A stretch of 64,000 nt of DNA from Candidatus Vogelbacteria bacterium (GTDB taxonomy: Bacteria; Patescibacteriota; Minisyncoccia; Phycocordibacterales; XYD1-FULL-46-19), in contig CAIPHT010000015.1 of NCBI GenBank assembly GCA_903864935.1, forward strand, positions 6,618 to 70,617, in the 5' to 3' direction. Positions 26,497 to 35,660 of this stretch are shown here, piece by piece (position 1 is the stretch's first letter; each line of letters begins with the position of its first letter). Made by a program: the position numbers and the translations under genes. The notes under the pieces were generated by a model. The model was not told the origin of the DNA and made no database searches. It was given only the letters and a program-made list of their open reading frames with translations.

Positions 26497-26505
26497 AAAA
26501 TAATC

Positions 26506-27375
26506 ATGCTAAAAATCATTGTGAAGAAGGATATCGAGAAAGACATTGCCCTAATAAAAAGAGAGCTTTTTGATGGGGGAGAGAATTACCGTCAGAGGAT
26601 TTTGAGTTATTATAAAACTTTGGCTGAAGAAATTAAGAACAAATCAAGAGAAGAAGCCGAGGAAATTGCCGATAATTTTTTCCGCAGGCAATACCATAAG
26701 ATGGCAGAAGATATTGACGAGATTGTTAAGGAGAGCCAAGAAATTTTAGAAGATAGATCAGAAGCTTGCCTCAATAAGCTTGTCGAACTAATGGACTATA
26801 AAATAAAAAGGGACGAAGAGTTTGTGGTTATTCCTACGTTGTTACCATATTCTCCTTTCCATCGGCCAACCGTTTATTTTTCTTTAATTACTCGACTGTA
26901 TTTGGGTAGAGGAAACATGATTTTGGATATCGCTATTCACGAGATATCCCACTTCTTATTTTTTGATATATTGAATGAGATTGGAGCGGATATCATAAAA
27001 ATTGAACCTAAAGAGTTTGGCTTCTGGTATCTCTTTAAAGAAGCTCTGACAGGGATGCTCTTGTCAGAAAAAGAGTTAGAAGATTTACTTGAAAGAAAAG
27101 GTTATAAGGGTAATCCTGAAGTTGAGAATCTCTCTGTCCAGAAAGAGGGCTCGGCTGATAAGATAACGCTAAGAGAATATTTAAGAGAAAGGCTCAACGA
27201 CCATAAGCAGAACGGCTCATGCTTTAATTCCTTTATTAAAGAGATTATTTCTGAACTCCGACCTCAAGTGGAAGCCTTTGAGGCAAAGAATAATTTTTGG
27301 GTTAAGAATGAGGAGGAAATAAAAAAATGGAATCAAGATTTAATTAGAGAGTACGAGGAGCCAATTTTAATTTAA
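26506..27375 (+). CDS. Hypothetical protein with an HExxH motif
   Basis: IAIHEISHFLF. Confidence 0.4.
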   Translation: MLKIIVKKDIEKDIALIKRELFDGGENYRQRILSYYKTLAEEIKNKSREEAEEIADNFFRRQYHKMAEDIDEIVKESQEILEDRSEACLNKLVELMDYKIKRDEEFVVIPTLLPYSPFHRPTVYFSLITRLYLGRGNMILDIAIHEISHFLFFDILNEIGADIIKIEPKEFGFWYLFKEALTGMLLSEKELEDLLERKGYKGNPEVENLSVQKEGSADKITLREYLRERLNDHKQNGSCFNSFIKEIISELRPQVEAFEAKNNFWVKNEEEIKKWNQDLIREYEEPILI

Positions 27376-27382
27376 TTACAAA

Positions 27383-27982
27383 ATGAAAAAGATTGGTGAA
27401 GGTTGGCAATATGGTGTCTATGATTTAGAGAACGGGCGGGTGTTGAAGAAATTTCACTCACCGCTAAAATCGTACTGGGTAATATTAAAAGATATTTTTC
27501 CTTTTAAACAGGATTCGATTTTTGAGATACCCGGTTTTTCGCGGGGGATGAAAGTTAAGGCCCTTGAGTCATTCGAAATTCTGAAAAAGAAAAATCTCCC
27601 GCCGGAATGGCTGGGGAATCCTAAATTTATAAATGATCTAGACTTCGAGCAAGATAAGGCCTTTCCTCTCCATGACATTTTTTCTCAATCCGAGGTTGAA
27701 GAAGCGAAGGGGATTATTGATAAATTTGTTGAGTTTAATAAAAAGTTATTAGAGAGAGGGGTGATAGATAAGAGCTTTAACATCACTAAGAATTATGGGC
27801 TAAATAGTGACGGAGAAATTGTCTTGATTGATATTGGAGAATTATTTGATAATCCGGAAAGAATAAAAGAACAATGCGCGGGTCGCGCTTGGGCCAAGGA
27901 TTATGTTGCTGGCCGTATTGCCAATGACGTGGCAAGAGAGTATTTTATTAAGGAGATGGATAAGAATTTTGAATCTAATTAA
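27383..27982 (+). CDS. Hypothetical protein, possibly an atypical kinase-like fold
   Basis: Gly-rich IGEGWQYGVY followed by VLKKF, and later LIDIGE. The call is weak. Confidence 0.3.
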   Translation: MKKIGEGWQYGVYDLENGRVLKKFHSPLKSYWVILKDIFPFKQDSIFEIPGFSRGMKVKALESFEILKKKNLPPEWLGNPKFINDLDFEQDKAFPLHDIFSQSEVEEAKGIIDKFVEFNKKLLERGVIDKSFNITKNYGLNSDGEIVLIDIGELFDNPERIKEQCAGRAWAKDYVAGRIANDVAREYFIKEMDKNFESN

Positions 27983-28501
27983 ATGAAAAAGAAAATCACC
28001 GTAAATGATTTAATGCAGAAGGGCTATATTTATTATCTCACGGAGTTAGAAGGGAAGAATTTTGCTAAAGACTTCAAACCGGATTTGTCGCCCAAACAAA
28101 TGCTTAAGTTGGGTGTCTTCGGTGGGCGCTATATGCGTGATTGCCAGAAAGAGTTTCCATCAGACTGGTTCAAGGGGGCCAAACTCTTGCCGATGGGAGT
28201 GAGGGGTCATGATCCTAAATTAAACCTCTTCGGGGTAGATGCTTCGCAGCCACTTGCGGTGTGGCGCAAGAAGGGCTGGATTAATGAAGAGCATGACCCG
28301 AGGGGTTGGTTCCAATGGTACTGTCGTTATTATCTGGGGCGTCGTTTGCCAGAGGAGGATGAGAAACAGATTAAGCGTTGGCGCGCCATTAATCGTCATT
28401 TGGCACAGTTAAGAAAAAACTGTAGGGTCGGGGATCTAAATTGCCGCCGTCGCCAACGTCAGGCTGTTCTCCACTGGGCCTATGATAGTCGCAAAATTTA
28501 G
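27983..28501 (+). CDS. Hypothetical protein
   Basis: ORF only. Confidence 0.4.
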   Translation: MKKKITVNDLMQKGYIYYLTELEGKNFAKDFKPDLSPKQMLKLGVFGGRYMRDCQKEFPSDWFKGAKLLPMGVRGHDPKLNLFGVDASQPLAVWRKKGWINEEHDPRGWFQWYCRYYLGRRLPEEDEKQIKRWRAINRHLAQLRKNCRVGDLNCRRRQRQAVLHWAYDSRKI

Positions 28502-28515
28502 GGTATAAATAATAT

Positions 28516-28965
28516 ATGTCTGAAGAAAAAAAGAGAGTGGGTGCGGGGTTTGGAGTTATTCTTGAGAAAGATGGCAAAATTCTCATGGGACTAAGGCACC
28601 CTGATCCGGACAAAGCGGACTCGGCTTTTAGAAGCTCTGGTGAATGGTGTTTGCCGGGTGGTAAACTGGAGTGGGGTGAATCTTTTGAAGATGGGGCAGT
28701 CCGCGAAGTTAAGGAGGAGACAGATATTGATATTAAAAATCCTCAAGTTATTTCTGTCCATAATTGCAAGAACGAGCATGCCCACTTCATGACCGTGGGC
28801 CTTATCACTCACGAGTGGCAAGGGGAGGCCAAGGTCACCGAGCCTGATGAGATTGTCGACTGGCAATGGTTTGGACTAAAACAACTTCCCGAGAAAATTT
28901 ATTTTCCCAGTCAAGAAGTAATTGAGAATTATTTGCAAGGTAAGTTTTATATTGAGAGAAAGTAA
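28516..28965 (+). CDS. NUDIX hydrolase
   Basis: Canonical Nudix box GGKLEWGESFEDGAVREVKEETDI. Confidence 0.8.
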   Translation: MSEEKKRVGAGFGVILEKDGKILMGLRHPDPDKADSAFRSSGEWCLPGGKLEWGESFEDGAVREVKEETDIDIKNPQVISVHNCKNEHAHFMTVGLITHEWQGEAKVTEPDEIVDWQWFGLKQLPEKIYFPSQEVIENYLQGKFYIERK

Positions 28966-28969
28966 ATTT

Positions 28970-29308
28970 ATGATAACTATTGAAGATTTTGAAAAAGTTG
29001 ATATTCGGGTCGGGAAGATTGTGGGAATTGCCGATTTTCCTGAAGCGAAGAAGCCGGCTTATAAATTGAAGATTGATTTTGGTCCTGAGTTGGGGATTAA
29101 AGTCTCTAGCGTGCAGGCAGTCGGTGCTCATACCAAAGAGGAGCTCCTTAACTCTCTGGTTTGTTGTGTTGTTAATTTCCCGCCGAGACAGATTGGACCT
29201 TTTCTCTCCGAAGTCTTAACCCTTGGTTTTAAAAATAATGCTGGCACTGGTTGGGTCCTGATCACTACAAAAAATGGCAATGTCGATCTTGGTTCAAAAT
29301 TAGCTTAA
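28970..29308 (+). CDS. tRNA-binding domain protein (CsaA/Trbp111-like)
   Basis: FEKVDIRVGKIVGIADFPEAKKPAYKLKIDFG matches the Myf/EMAP tRNA-binding OB fold. Confidence 0.75.
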   Translation: MITIEDFEKVDIRVGKIVGIADFPEAKKPAYKLKIDFGPELGIKVSSVQAVGAHTKEELLNSLVCCVVNFPPRQIGPFLSEVLTLGFKNNAGTGWVLITTKNGNVDLGSKLA

Positions 29309-29316
29309 AAAATAAC

Positions 29317-29925
29317 ATGCAAAAAATTTCTACAATTTGCGTTTTTGGAGACAGCACCGCTTGGGGGGCTTGGGATATGGAGAAGGGTGGTTGGGTCAAT
29401 CGGCTGTGGTTTTATATTGGTCAGAAAACTGATGGCGATTGCGAAGTTTATAACTTGAGTATCTCTGGCGGGACAACACAGACGATTCTTGACCGTTTTG
29501 AAGCTGAGGCAAAAATTAGGGATGCCGATGCTCTCATCTTCCAGTCCGGGGGCAATGACGCCTGCCTCTTGGGTAAGGCTGGCTCTAATAGAATACCTCT
29601 AGAACAATTCAGGAGAAACTTAGAAAAAATTATCAGCTGGGCCAAAAATCTAACAACGAATATTGCCTTCGTCGGATTTGATATTGTTGATGAGACAAAA
29701 ACGACACCCGTGCCTTGGGGCGATTTTTATTATACTAATTCTGAAATTGAGAGGTATAACAAAGAGATGGAAAAGGTTTGCAACGAGCAGGGGATTTTAT
29801 TTTTAGATATTTTTAATCTCCTTTCTAAAGAAGATCTCGAAGATGGTTTGCATCCTAATGTGCGAGGCCATGAGAAAACCTTTGTAATGGCCAAAGACTT
29901 TTTGGAGAAAAACGGCTGGTTTTAG
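29317..29925 (+). CDS. SGNH/GDSL hydrolase
   Basis: Block I FGDSTAWG, GGND block, and a DGLHP block. Confidence 0.75.
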   Translation: MQKISTICVFGDSTAWGAWDMEKGGWVNRLWFYIGQKTDGDCEVYNLSISGGTTQTILDRFEAEAKIRDADALIFQSGGNDACLLGKAGSNRIPLEQFRRNLEKIISWAKNLTTNIAFVGFDIVDETKTTPVPWGDFYYTNSEIERYNKEMEKVCNEQGILFLDIFNLLSKEDLEDGLHPNVRGHEKTFVMAKDFLEKNGWF

Positions 29926-30007
29926 GCCTTATTGGCGGACTTGACAGGCTTTTGGGTAGTTATTATAATCAAGAAAGTATTTTATTATTAATTAGTCACT
30001 AATTTAG

Positions 30008-31084
30008 ATGAAAAACAAAAAATTGTTATGGCTCGTGGTTGCTGTCATTATTATTGTTGTTCTCGTTATTATCTTTAAATCTTCTCCTGCTAAGACGGCT
30101 CTCACTTCTGAGTCCGGCACCTTCACCGTTGGGGCTGTCCTCCCTATGACTGGTCCGGCTGCTCTCTGGGGCGAGACGGTTAAGAACGGTATGGAGTTGG
30201 CTCTTGCTAAGAAGTCGGGGATTAAGGTCCTCTATGAGGATAGTAAGTCGACGGCCGCTGATGGTATCTCCGCTTATAATTTATTGCAGAGCAAGAAGGT
30301 AGATCTCACTGTCTCTGAATTATCTCTGGTGGCCGTTCCTCTCTCTAAGATTGCTCTTGAGACCAAAGCTCCACTCTTGGTTTCTCTTGTGGCCGCTAAA
30401 CATACCTCAATTGTTAATGATTATACAACTCGTTATTATACTAATCCGACTAACTATGCGACCCCCGCTTTTACCGATGCAATGTCTCCCGTTCTTAAGG
30501 CTAAGAAAATTGCTCTCCTTACTCGCAATGACGAACTCGGGATCTCTGTTCGTGACAAGATTAAAGAGTTAAGCTCTGCTAATGGCAAAGAGATTGTCTA
30601 CCAGGATTCTTTTGTTCCGGCTGAGAAGGATTATCGCACAACCCTCTTGAAGGCTAAGAACTCTGGTGCCGACGTCTTCATCTTTGTCGCTTCAACTCCG
30701 GGCGAAGCTCTGGGGATTGTAAAGACTGCCAGTGAGATTAAGCTTGGCATGCCAATTGTTGAGTCATCCGCTGTTTTTGCTGATCTGGCTACTCGCAAGC
30801 AGGCTGAAGGGATTTCTTTCTACGCTACTTCTTATGATTTTTCTCTCCCCGGCAAGGCTGAAGACTTCAAAACTAGTTATCTCGCCAAGTTTGGCAAGGA
30901 ACCGAATTTTGGTGCGGCCTTTGGTTATGACATGGTTAATCTGATTGATGTCTGTAAGGCTAAGAAAGAAGCGGTTCGAGATTGTCTCTCTGGAGTCAAA
31001 CAACTCGAAGGTGTTGCTGGTGTTGCCACTCAAGTTGAAGCCGGTGACTTTGTTGTCCCAATGCATCTAGAGAAAGTAAACTAA
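30008..31084 (+). CDS. Periplasmic-binding-protein type I (LivK-like, branched-chain amino acid binding family) with an N-terminal membrane anchor
   Basis: GAVLPMTGPAALWGETVKNGMELA is a typical Leu/Ile/Val-binding-protein start. Confidence 0.7.
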   Translation: MKNKKLLWLVVAVIIIVVLVIIFKSSPAKTALTSESGTFTVGAVLPMTGPAALWGETVKNGMELALAKKSGIKVLYEDSKSTAADGISAYNLLQSKKVDLTVSELSLVAVPLSKIALETKAPLLVSLVAAKHTSIVNDYTTRYYTNPTNYATPAFTDAMSPVLKAKKIALLTRNDELGISVRDKIKELSSANGKEIVYQDSFVPAEKDYRTTLLKAKNSGADVFIFVASTPGEALGIVKTASEIKLGMPIVESSAVFADLATRKQAEGISFYATSYDFSLPGKAEDFKTSYLAKFGKEPNFGAAFGYDMVNLIDVCKAKKEAVRDCLSGVKQLEGVAGVATQVEAGDFVVPMHLEKVN

Positions 31085-31112
31085 GTTTCAAAAGTTTTAA
31101 GTATAAAAAGTA

Positions 31113-31142
31113 AAGCGCCTCGGGTCGAAACCCGGGGCGCTT
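31113..31142 (-). terminator. Hairpin terminator serving the minus-strand high-GC gene, with a T-tract on the minus strand
   Basis: aagcgcc-tcgggtcgaaacccgg-ggcgctt. The minus strand continues with tactttttatac. Confidence 0.5.
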
Positions 31143-31183
31143 GTCGAATGTTGGGAACGTGGACAGTACTTGTTGCGGAGGGC

Positions 31184-32200
31184 CTAGGCCTTCTTGCCTT
31201 CGGACTCCGGCGGGGTGGCCTCGTCTTCGGGTTTGACCAACTTTGTGACCTCGGCGAGGAGCTCAAGCAATGAGTCGCGGGCATCGCTGGCGTCGTTGAT
31301 GCGCTCGGCGAGCCCCTCGAGGTCCTTGCGGTAGGTCCTGATGTTGTCCTCGAGGCTGTTGCCCTCGGAGTCCTCTTCGATGTTGTCGAGGAGATCCCCG
31401 ATTTCCTTCTTGAGGGCGTCGATGGCTTGGAAGGCCCCGTAGATGCCGGTGTCGTTGTCATCCAACGCGACGGCACGGGCTTTGAGGGCCTCGAACTTGG
31501 CCTTCAACTCTTCGGCTGGGCCCATGAGTTTCTCTGCGGCTTCGATACTCGCCTTGTGGTCGGCGAAGTATCCGTTTATGCGGTTATACTTGGCCTTGGC
31601 GTCATTATCTCCCTCGTCTTCGAGGTTGGACAGGCCTTTGCGAATTTCGTCATCGACATTGTCGGCGTCAGACAGAGCCTGGTCGCGCAATCTCCGGGCT
31701 TCTTGCAACCGGTTGACTCGATTCTTGATTTCCTCTTGCCTGGCCACGAGTTCCTCAACTTGCCGCATTTGTTCATCGTGACCCAAGTTGGCTTTCTCGA
31801 ATTGCTCCGTTCTGGCTAGCTGGTCGGCCAGCGAGAGTTTGAGTTCTCCCACTTTGTGGGCGGGACTTTCTTCTTTGAGACCCTCCATAACTTGTTCAAT
31901 CTCTCTCCCTGTCCGGCCACTTTTGTTGAGCATGTAGTCGGTACTTGCTCTCCAGTCTCTCAGCTTGATGTTTTCCTGGACCAGCTCGCGTTTTTTGTAA
32001 GCTTGGACCAGGGAAATGAGCAGGATAGCCACGAGACTTAAGGCTATGGCACCGGCGCAGCGTTTGTCCAGATCGGTCGGGTTGTTGGCGACCATTTCGA
32101 CAACGTTGTCGTTTTGGTGGAGTGATACGCGGGGGGTTGTGGCAATGACAACCAAACTCCCCACCACAAAAATCAAAAACAGCAATTTCACAAGGTTCAT
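31184..32200 (-). CDS. Membrane-anchored coiled-coil protein (339 aa) in a high-GC island
   Basis: The start was set at MNLVKLLFLIFVV, preceded by GAGGGAG. The protein carries long acidic coiled-coil segments and has about 55% GC. Confidence 0.5.
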   Translation of the reverse strand: MNLVKLLFLIFVVGSLVVIATTPRVSLHQNDNVVEMVANNPTDLDKRCAGAIALSLVAILLISLVQAYKKRELVQENIKLRDWRASTDYMLNKSGRTGREIEQVMEGLKEESPAHKVGELKLSLADQLARTEQFEKANLGHDEQMRQVEELVARQEEIKNRVNRLQEARRLRDQALSDADNVDDEIRKGLSNLEDEGDNDAKAKYNRINGYFADHKASIEAAEKLMGPAEELKAKFEALKARAVALDDNDTGIYGAFQAIDALKKEIGDLLDNIEEDSEGNSLEDNIRTYRKDLEGLAERINDASDARDSLLELLAEVTKLVKPEDEATPPESEGKKA

Positions 32201-32349
32201 CTGACGTTCTCCCTCATTTTTTCCGCCGGAGCGGAACAAGTTTTCCTGAGCGGAATGCCCAGGTCTGGGCATACATATAGCACTAAAGGTAAGGGGTGTC
32301 AATGGCTACTTCTTGCTATTTTTTAAGAATAGTGATATAATTAGAATAT

Positions 32350-32943
32350 ATGAAAAACTTTAATCAAGGAGGAGGTAATCGCTTTGGCGGTAACCGTAGT
32401 GGAGGTTCTCGTTTTGGTGGCGGTCGCCCTGGTGGAGATCGTGGCCCGGTAACTATGCATAAGGCTATTTGTAGCGATTGTGGTAATTCTTGTGAAGTAC
32501 CTTTTCGCCCTACTGGTGATAAGCCAATCTTCTGTAGCGATTGTTTCAGCGCCAAGCGTGGCGGAGATGCTCCTCGTGAGTCATCTCGAGCCGGTAGCTT
32601 TGGTGGCGATCGTTTACCTCGTAAGGACTTCAGCGATCGTGGCCCACGTCCTAGCTTCGGTGGTGCCTCTAGCGCCCCACGTGGCAATGACGATGTTAAG
32701 AAGCAATTAGAATTTTTGGGTCTTAAGATTGACCGTCTGACCAAGATTGTTGAAGGCTTAACTCCTGGGCATGCTCACACTACGCCAGAAAAATCTGCTC
32801 AAGTTAAGGAGGCTATCAAGGATGCCACTTCAACTAAGAAAGTTATGGTTAAGGAAGTGAAGGCTCCGGTTAAAAAAACTGTTGCCAAAACTCCAGCTAA
32901 GGCTGTTGTTAAGAAGGCTGTTAAGAAAACAGTCAAGAAATAA
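32350..32943 (+). CDS. RGG/Gly-Arg-rich protein with a CxxC...CxxC zinc ribbon and a lysine-rich, histone-H1-like C-terminal tail
   Basis: GGNRFGGNRSGGSRFGGGRPGG, then CSDCGNSC...CSDC, then KKTVAKTPAKAVVKKAVKKTVKK. Confidence 0.5.
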   Translation: MKNFNQGGGNRFGGNRSGGSRFGGGRPGGDRGPVTMHKAICSDCGNSCEVPFRPTGDKPIFCSDCFSAKRGGDAPRESSRAGSFGGDRLPRKDFSDRGPRPSFGGASSAPRGNDDVKKQLEFLGLKIDRLTKIVEGLTPGHAHTTPEKSAQVKEAIKDATSTKKVMVKEVKAPVKKTVAKTPAKAVVKKAVKKTVKK

Positions 32944-32958
32944 AACATAAAACAAAAA

Positions 32959-32990
32959 GGCCTCTCCGGAGGCCCTTTTTGTTTTTTTAT
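32959..32990. terminator. Bidirectional terminator hairpin ggcctc-tccg-gaggcc with flanking A and T tracts
   Basis: aaaaa before the hairpin and ctttttgttttttt after it. Confidence 0.7.
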
Positions 32991-33376
32991 TATTTATTAC
33001 TCTCAGTTAATTCATCGAGCTTATCTTCAATCGTGTTTAATTCTCGGAGAACTTTTTTGAGTTGATCTTCTTCGCCCAATATTTCTTCTTCAGTTTTCTC
33101 AATTATTTTTTTCTCACCTTTAAGACTAGAGATGATGAAGCGATCTCCAATGAAGTAAGAGACGAAGAGGCCGGTGGCTAGCAGTATAATTATGCTAATA
33201 ATTAGGGCATCTAGATTTGATAATCCCATATCTTCGGAGAGACCCCAAACCGCACGCCAGAAGAGGACTATCCCAATTCCGCCAATTAAGGCATAGGCAA
33301 TGGGGAATTTGCTCAGAGACTTTCGGACATGGTCCTCTAATTTGTCAAAAAAGTTGAAGATTTTTTTGAATAACAT
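32990..33376 (-). CDS. Hypothetical membrane protein with a C-terminal coiled coil
   Basis: TM helices followed by an acidic C-terminal coiled coil. Confidence 0.45.
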   Translation of the reverse strand: MLFKKIFNFFDKLEDHVRKSLSKFPIAYALIGGIGIVLFWRAVWGLSEDMGLSNLDALIISIIILLATGLFVSYFIGDRFIISSLKGEKKIIEKTEEEILGEEDQLKKVLRELNTIEDKLDELTESNK

Positions 33377-33424
33377 ATCTCGTATTTTACCGTTTTTGTG
33401 TTAAAATAGCCAATAGTAAAACAT

Positions 33425-34318
33425 ATGAGCAAGATTGCAATTATCGGCGCGGGAGAATTAGGTCAGGCCTTGGGGGAGATTCTTTCTTCTTCGCGAGAGG
33501 TTTTTTATTGGGATCGGAGTGAAGACCAATTGGCCAAGCTAAATTTACCCTTACTTTCTTTACCTGAAGTTGTGGCGGGAGCGGATTTTGTTTTTCTCTG
33601 TATCCCATCTTGGTGCGTAAGAGAGGCTCTCGCTTTTCTCTTGCCTTATTGGCCGGTCTCGGCGACCGCTGTCTTCTTCTCTAAGGGCATAGATGGGCCA
33701 ACGGGCAAATTACCCTTTGAGATGGCACAAAAATTGTTACCTAAGAAAGTTGATTTTGTTGTCGTGTCTGGCGCGATGATTGCTGAAGAAATTCGGACCG
33801 GACATTTTGGCGCTTGTCTGGTGGCCTCTAAGGGGCTTGAACCAAGCCAAAGAGTGGCAGAGATTTTTGCGGGGACGAATATTATGGCCGTTCCCTCGGC
33901 CGACCTTAAGGGCGTGGCCTGGGCTGGTGCTCTTAAGAATATTTATGCTCTAGGTGTCGGTATTGCTGAGGGTCTTGATTGGACGGTCAATGAGCGAGGA
34001 CTTCTCTTTGGTCAAGCCAACGAAGAAATTTTGAAATTGATTAAGCTCTTGGGTGGCAAACGTGAGACTTGGCTTATGGCCCCAATTTTGGGCGACTTTG
34101 CTGTTACCAGTTTTGACAATCATTCGCTTAATCATCAGGTTGGATTAGAACTTGGCCGTAATGGCCAGACCGAGAAGCGAAGCGAGGGCACCATGTCTCT
34201 GGCTCCGCTCATTGATCGCCTGAAGAAAAAAGGCCCCAAGGATTTTCCCATCCTCTTCAATCTTGCCCAAATCATCATCGCCCACGAAGATCCGAAGAAA
34301 GTCTTCGGAAAGTATTAA
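33425..34318 (+). CDS. gpsA: NAD(P)H-dependent glycerol-3-phosphate dehydrogenase
   Basis: IAIIGAGELGQALG Rossmann fold plus ALKNIYALGVGIAEGLDWTVNERGLLFGQANEEILKL, which matches the GpsA catalytic region. Confidence 0.75.
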   Translation: MSKIAIIGAGELGQALGEILSSSREVFYWDRSEDQLAKLNLPLLSLPEVVAGADFVFLCIPSWCVREALAFLLPYWPVSATAVFFSKGIDGPTGKLPFEMAQKLLPKKVDFVVVSGAMIAEEIRTGHFGACLVASKGLEPSQRVAEIFAGTNIMAVPSADLKGVAWAGALKNIYALGVGIAEGLDWTVNERGLLFGQANEEILKLIKLLGGKRETWLMAPILGDFAVTSFDNHSLNHQVGLELGRNGQTEKRSEGTMSLAPLIDRLKKKGPKDFPILFNLAQIIIAHEDPKKVFGKY

Positions 34319-34333
34319 ACCCTCCCCACCGCC

Positions 34334-34373
34334 CCCGCCAGACCTCGGGCTCTCTTGAGGTCTGGCGGGTTTC
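34334..34373. repeat. REP-like hairpin H1 (cccgccagacctc-N10-gaggtctggcggg) plus a T-tract. It terminates gpsA and is the inverted member of a three-copy family.
   Basis: 13-bp stem. Its reverse complement matches the hairpins at 43772-43811 and 46204-46238. Confidence 0.65.
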
Positions 34374-34465
34374 TATGCCCTTGACAAATAGGTCTATTTG
34401 GGTCTATAATGATAGACAGATAATCGAGACAGTGATGTCTCACAACAATCCCGTGAGGGAACCCG

Positions 34466-34906
34466 GTGACGGGAAGAAGGAATCTCGAAATGAACTTTGG
34501 CAAAGGTACCGTTAACGCCATCCTCCAAGGTCAGAGGAACCTCGACCAGATGAGAGAAGAAGTCAACCAGTTTCTTGGCATGCTCGTTGGTATGGTGTCG
34601 AGCGACGAGTGGGGCAGGTTTTTGGGTAAGGCTAACTCGGCCTCTATCCCCAGCCCGATTGTCACGGTGGGTGACTCCCCCTGTTACTGGGAGTTCCGGG
34701 TCAGCAGACCAGTCCCCTTCGAGTTGTGGTTTGTTTATGGACACAGAGGCGAGGAGGTCTACAACTTCAAGGGACAGTGGAAAGACCTCAAGTACGTGGA
34801 GTTGGTCCGTGGACAACTTCATGAGCTCTTGAAGCTCTTTGTTGATACCTTCCCTGGTCTTGAAGGCCGCCTCCAGCCCTTCCTCAAGGCCTCTAAGATG
34901 GTCTGA
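34466..34906 (+). CDS. Hypothetical protein (high GC)
   Basis: ORF only. The composition is atypical. Confidence 0.4.
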   Translation: MTGRRNLEMNFGKGTVNAILQGQRNLDQMREEVNQFLGMLVGMVSSDEWGRFLGKANSASIPSPIVTVGDSPCYWEFRVSRPVPFELWFVYGHRGEEVYNFKGQWKDLKYVELVRGQLHELLKLFVDTFPGLEGRLQPFLKASKMV

Positions 34907-34912
34907 TTACCG

Positions 34913-34960
34913 CCCCGCACAAGAAGCCTCGCGCTTCATGTGCGGGGCTTCTTTGATTCT
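34913..34960 (+). terminator. Rho-independent terminator
   Basis: ccccgcacaagaagc-ctcgc-gcttcatgtgcgggg followed by cttctttgattcttcc. Confidence 0.6.
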
Positions 34961-34967
34961 TCCTCAA

Positions 34968-35008
34968 ATTTATTAACATTACTGACGGTCGTCACAAACT
35001 GTAATAAA
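34968..35008. repeat. P-element copy P2 (imperfect palindrome with core ctgacggtcgtcac), downstream of the PaaX-like gene
   Basis: The core TGACGG-N-CGTCA is shared with P1 and P3-P6. Confidence 0.6.
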
Positions 35009-35037
35009 TTTTCAATGTGAGTAAACAAAAAAGGAAA

Positions 35038-35556
35038 TTAAATAATATCCGTCTCTTTAACTTCAAAAAATTTCAGATGAGGAATAAGTTTCATATATTT
35101 GAGATCCTCAATAAATTCTTTTGGTAATGGAGCTGGGCCAAGCCAGACACTTTTTTGTAAGAGTTTAAAGTTTAGATGGAGCAATTGAAGACGTAGCCAA
35201 TTTCTATTTTTTCTCTCTGCTTCTGGTACGTCAAAAGTAATGATAATTTTTTTGTCTGATTTAGGAATAGGGGGATAGGAGGGATGCTTTTTATCTTGGC
35301 CTTGTTTTTTTGCTTTTTCCTTTCCTTGCCTCGTTGTCTCCCAAAAGTGACCATCATTCTTTACTAGCCCGTTTTTCTTGAGTCTTGAGAGTGTCACACG
35401 AAAAGAATTTTCTAGGGCTTTTATCTCTGCCCTTCTTCTTTTGTTTTGGTCTATTTGATCTTCTAAATAAAGATCACCCAGCATCAAAGATCTTAGCTGG
35501 CGATAATTTCCTGGGTGATTGGACAAGAGGATTAGAATTCTATCACTTATTCTCAT
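35038..35556 (-). CDS. PaaX-like transcriptional regulator (winged HTH plus a PaaX_C/Cas2-like C-terminal domain)
   Basis: wHTH region FRVTLSRLKKNGLV, and IIITFDVPEAERKNRNWLRLQLLHLNFKLLQKSVWLGP matching the PaaX_C consensus (W..s..vPE..r.lRd.lr..L.wlGF..lq.SVW..P). Confidence 0.55.
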   Translation of the reverse strand: MRISDRILILLSNHPGNYRQLRSLMLGDLYLEDQIDQNKRRRAEIKALENSFRVTLSRLKKNGLVKNDGHFWETTRQGKEKAKKQGQDKKHPSYPPIPKSDKKIIITFDVPEAERKNRNWLRLQLLHLNFKLLQKSVWLGPAPLPKEFIEDLKYMKLIPHLKFFEVKETDII

Positions 35557-35567
35557 ATCTCTAAAAT

Positions 35568-35600
35568 ATTACACTAAATGACGGTCGTCTAAAATGTTAA
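35568..35600. repeat. P-element copy P3 (core atgacggtcgtcta), upstream of the PaaX-like gene
   Basis: Shares the core motif with the other P copies. Confidence 0.55.
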
Positions 35601-35660
35601 TAAGTGGATAATGATGAGTTGGTTGGGGGGTGTGACTAAAGGTGAAAAGAGAAAATATCT

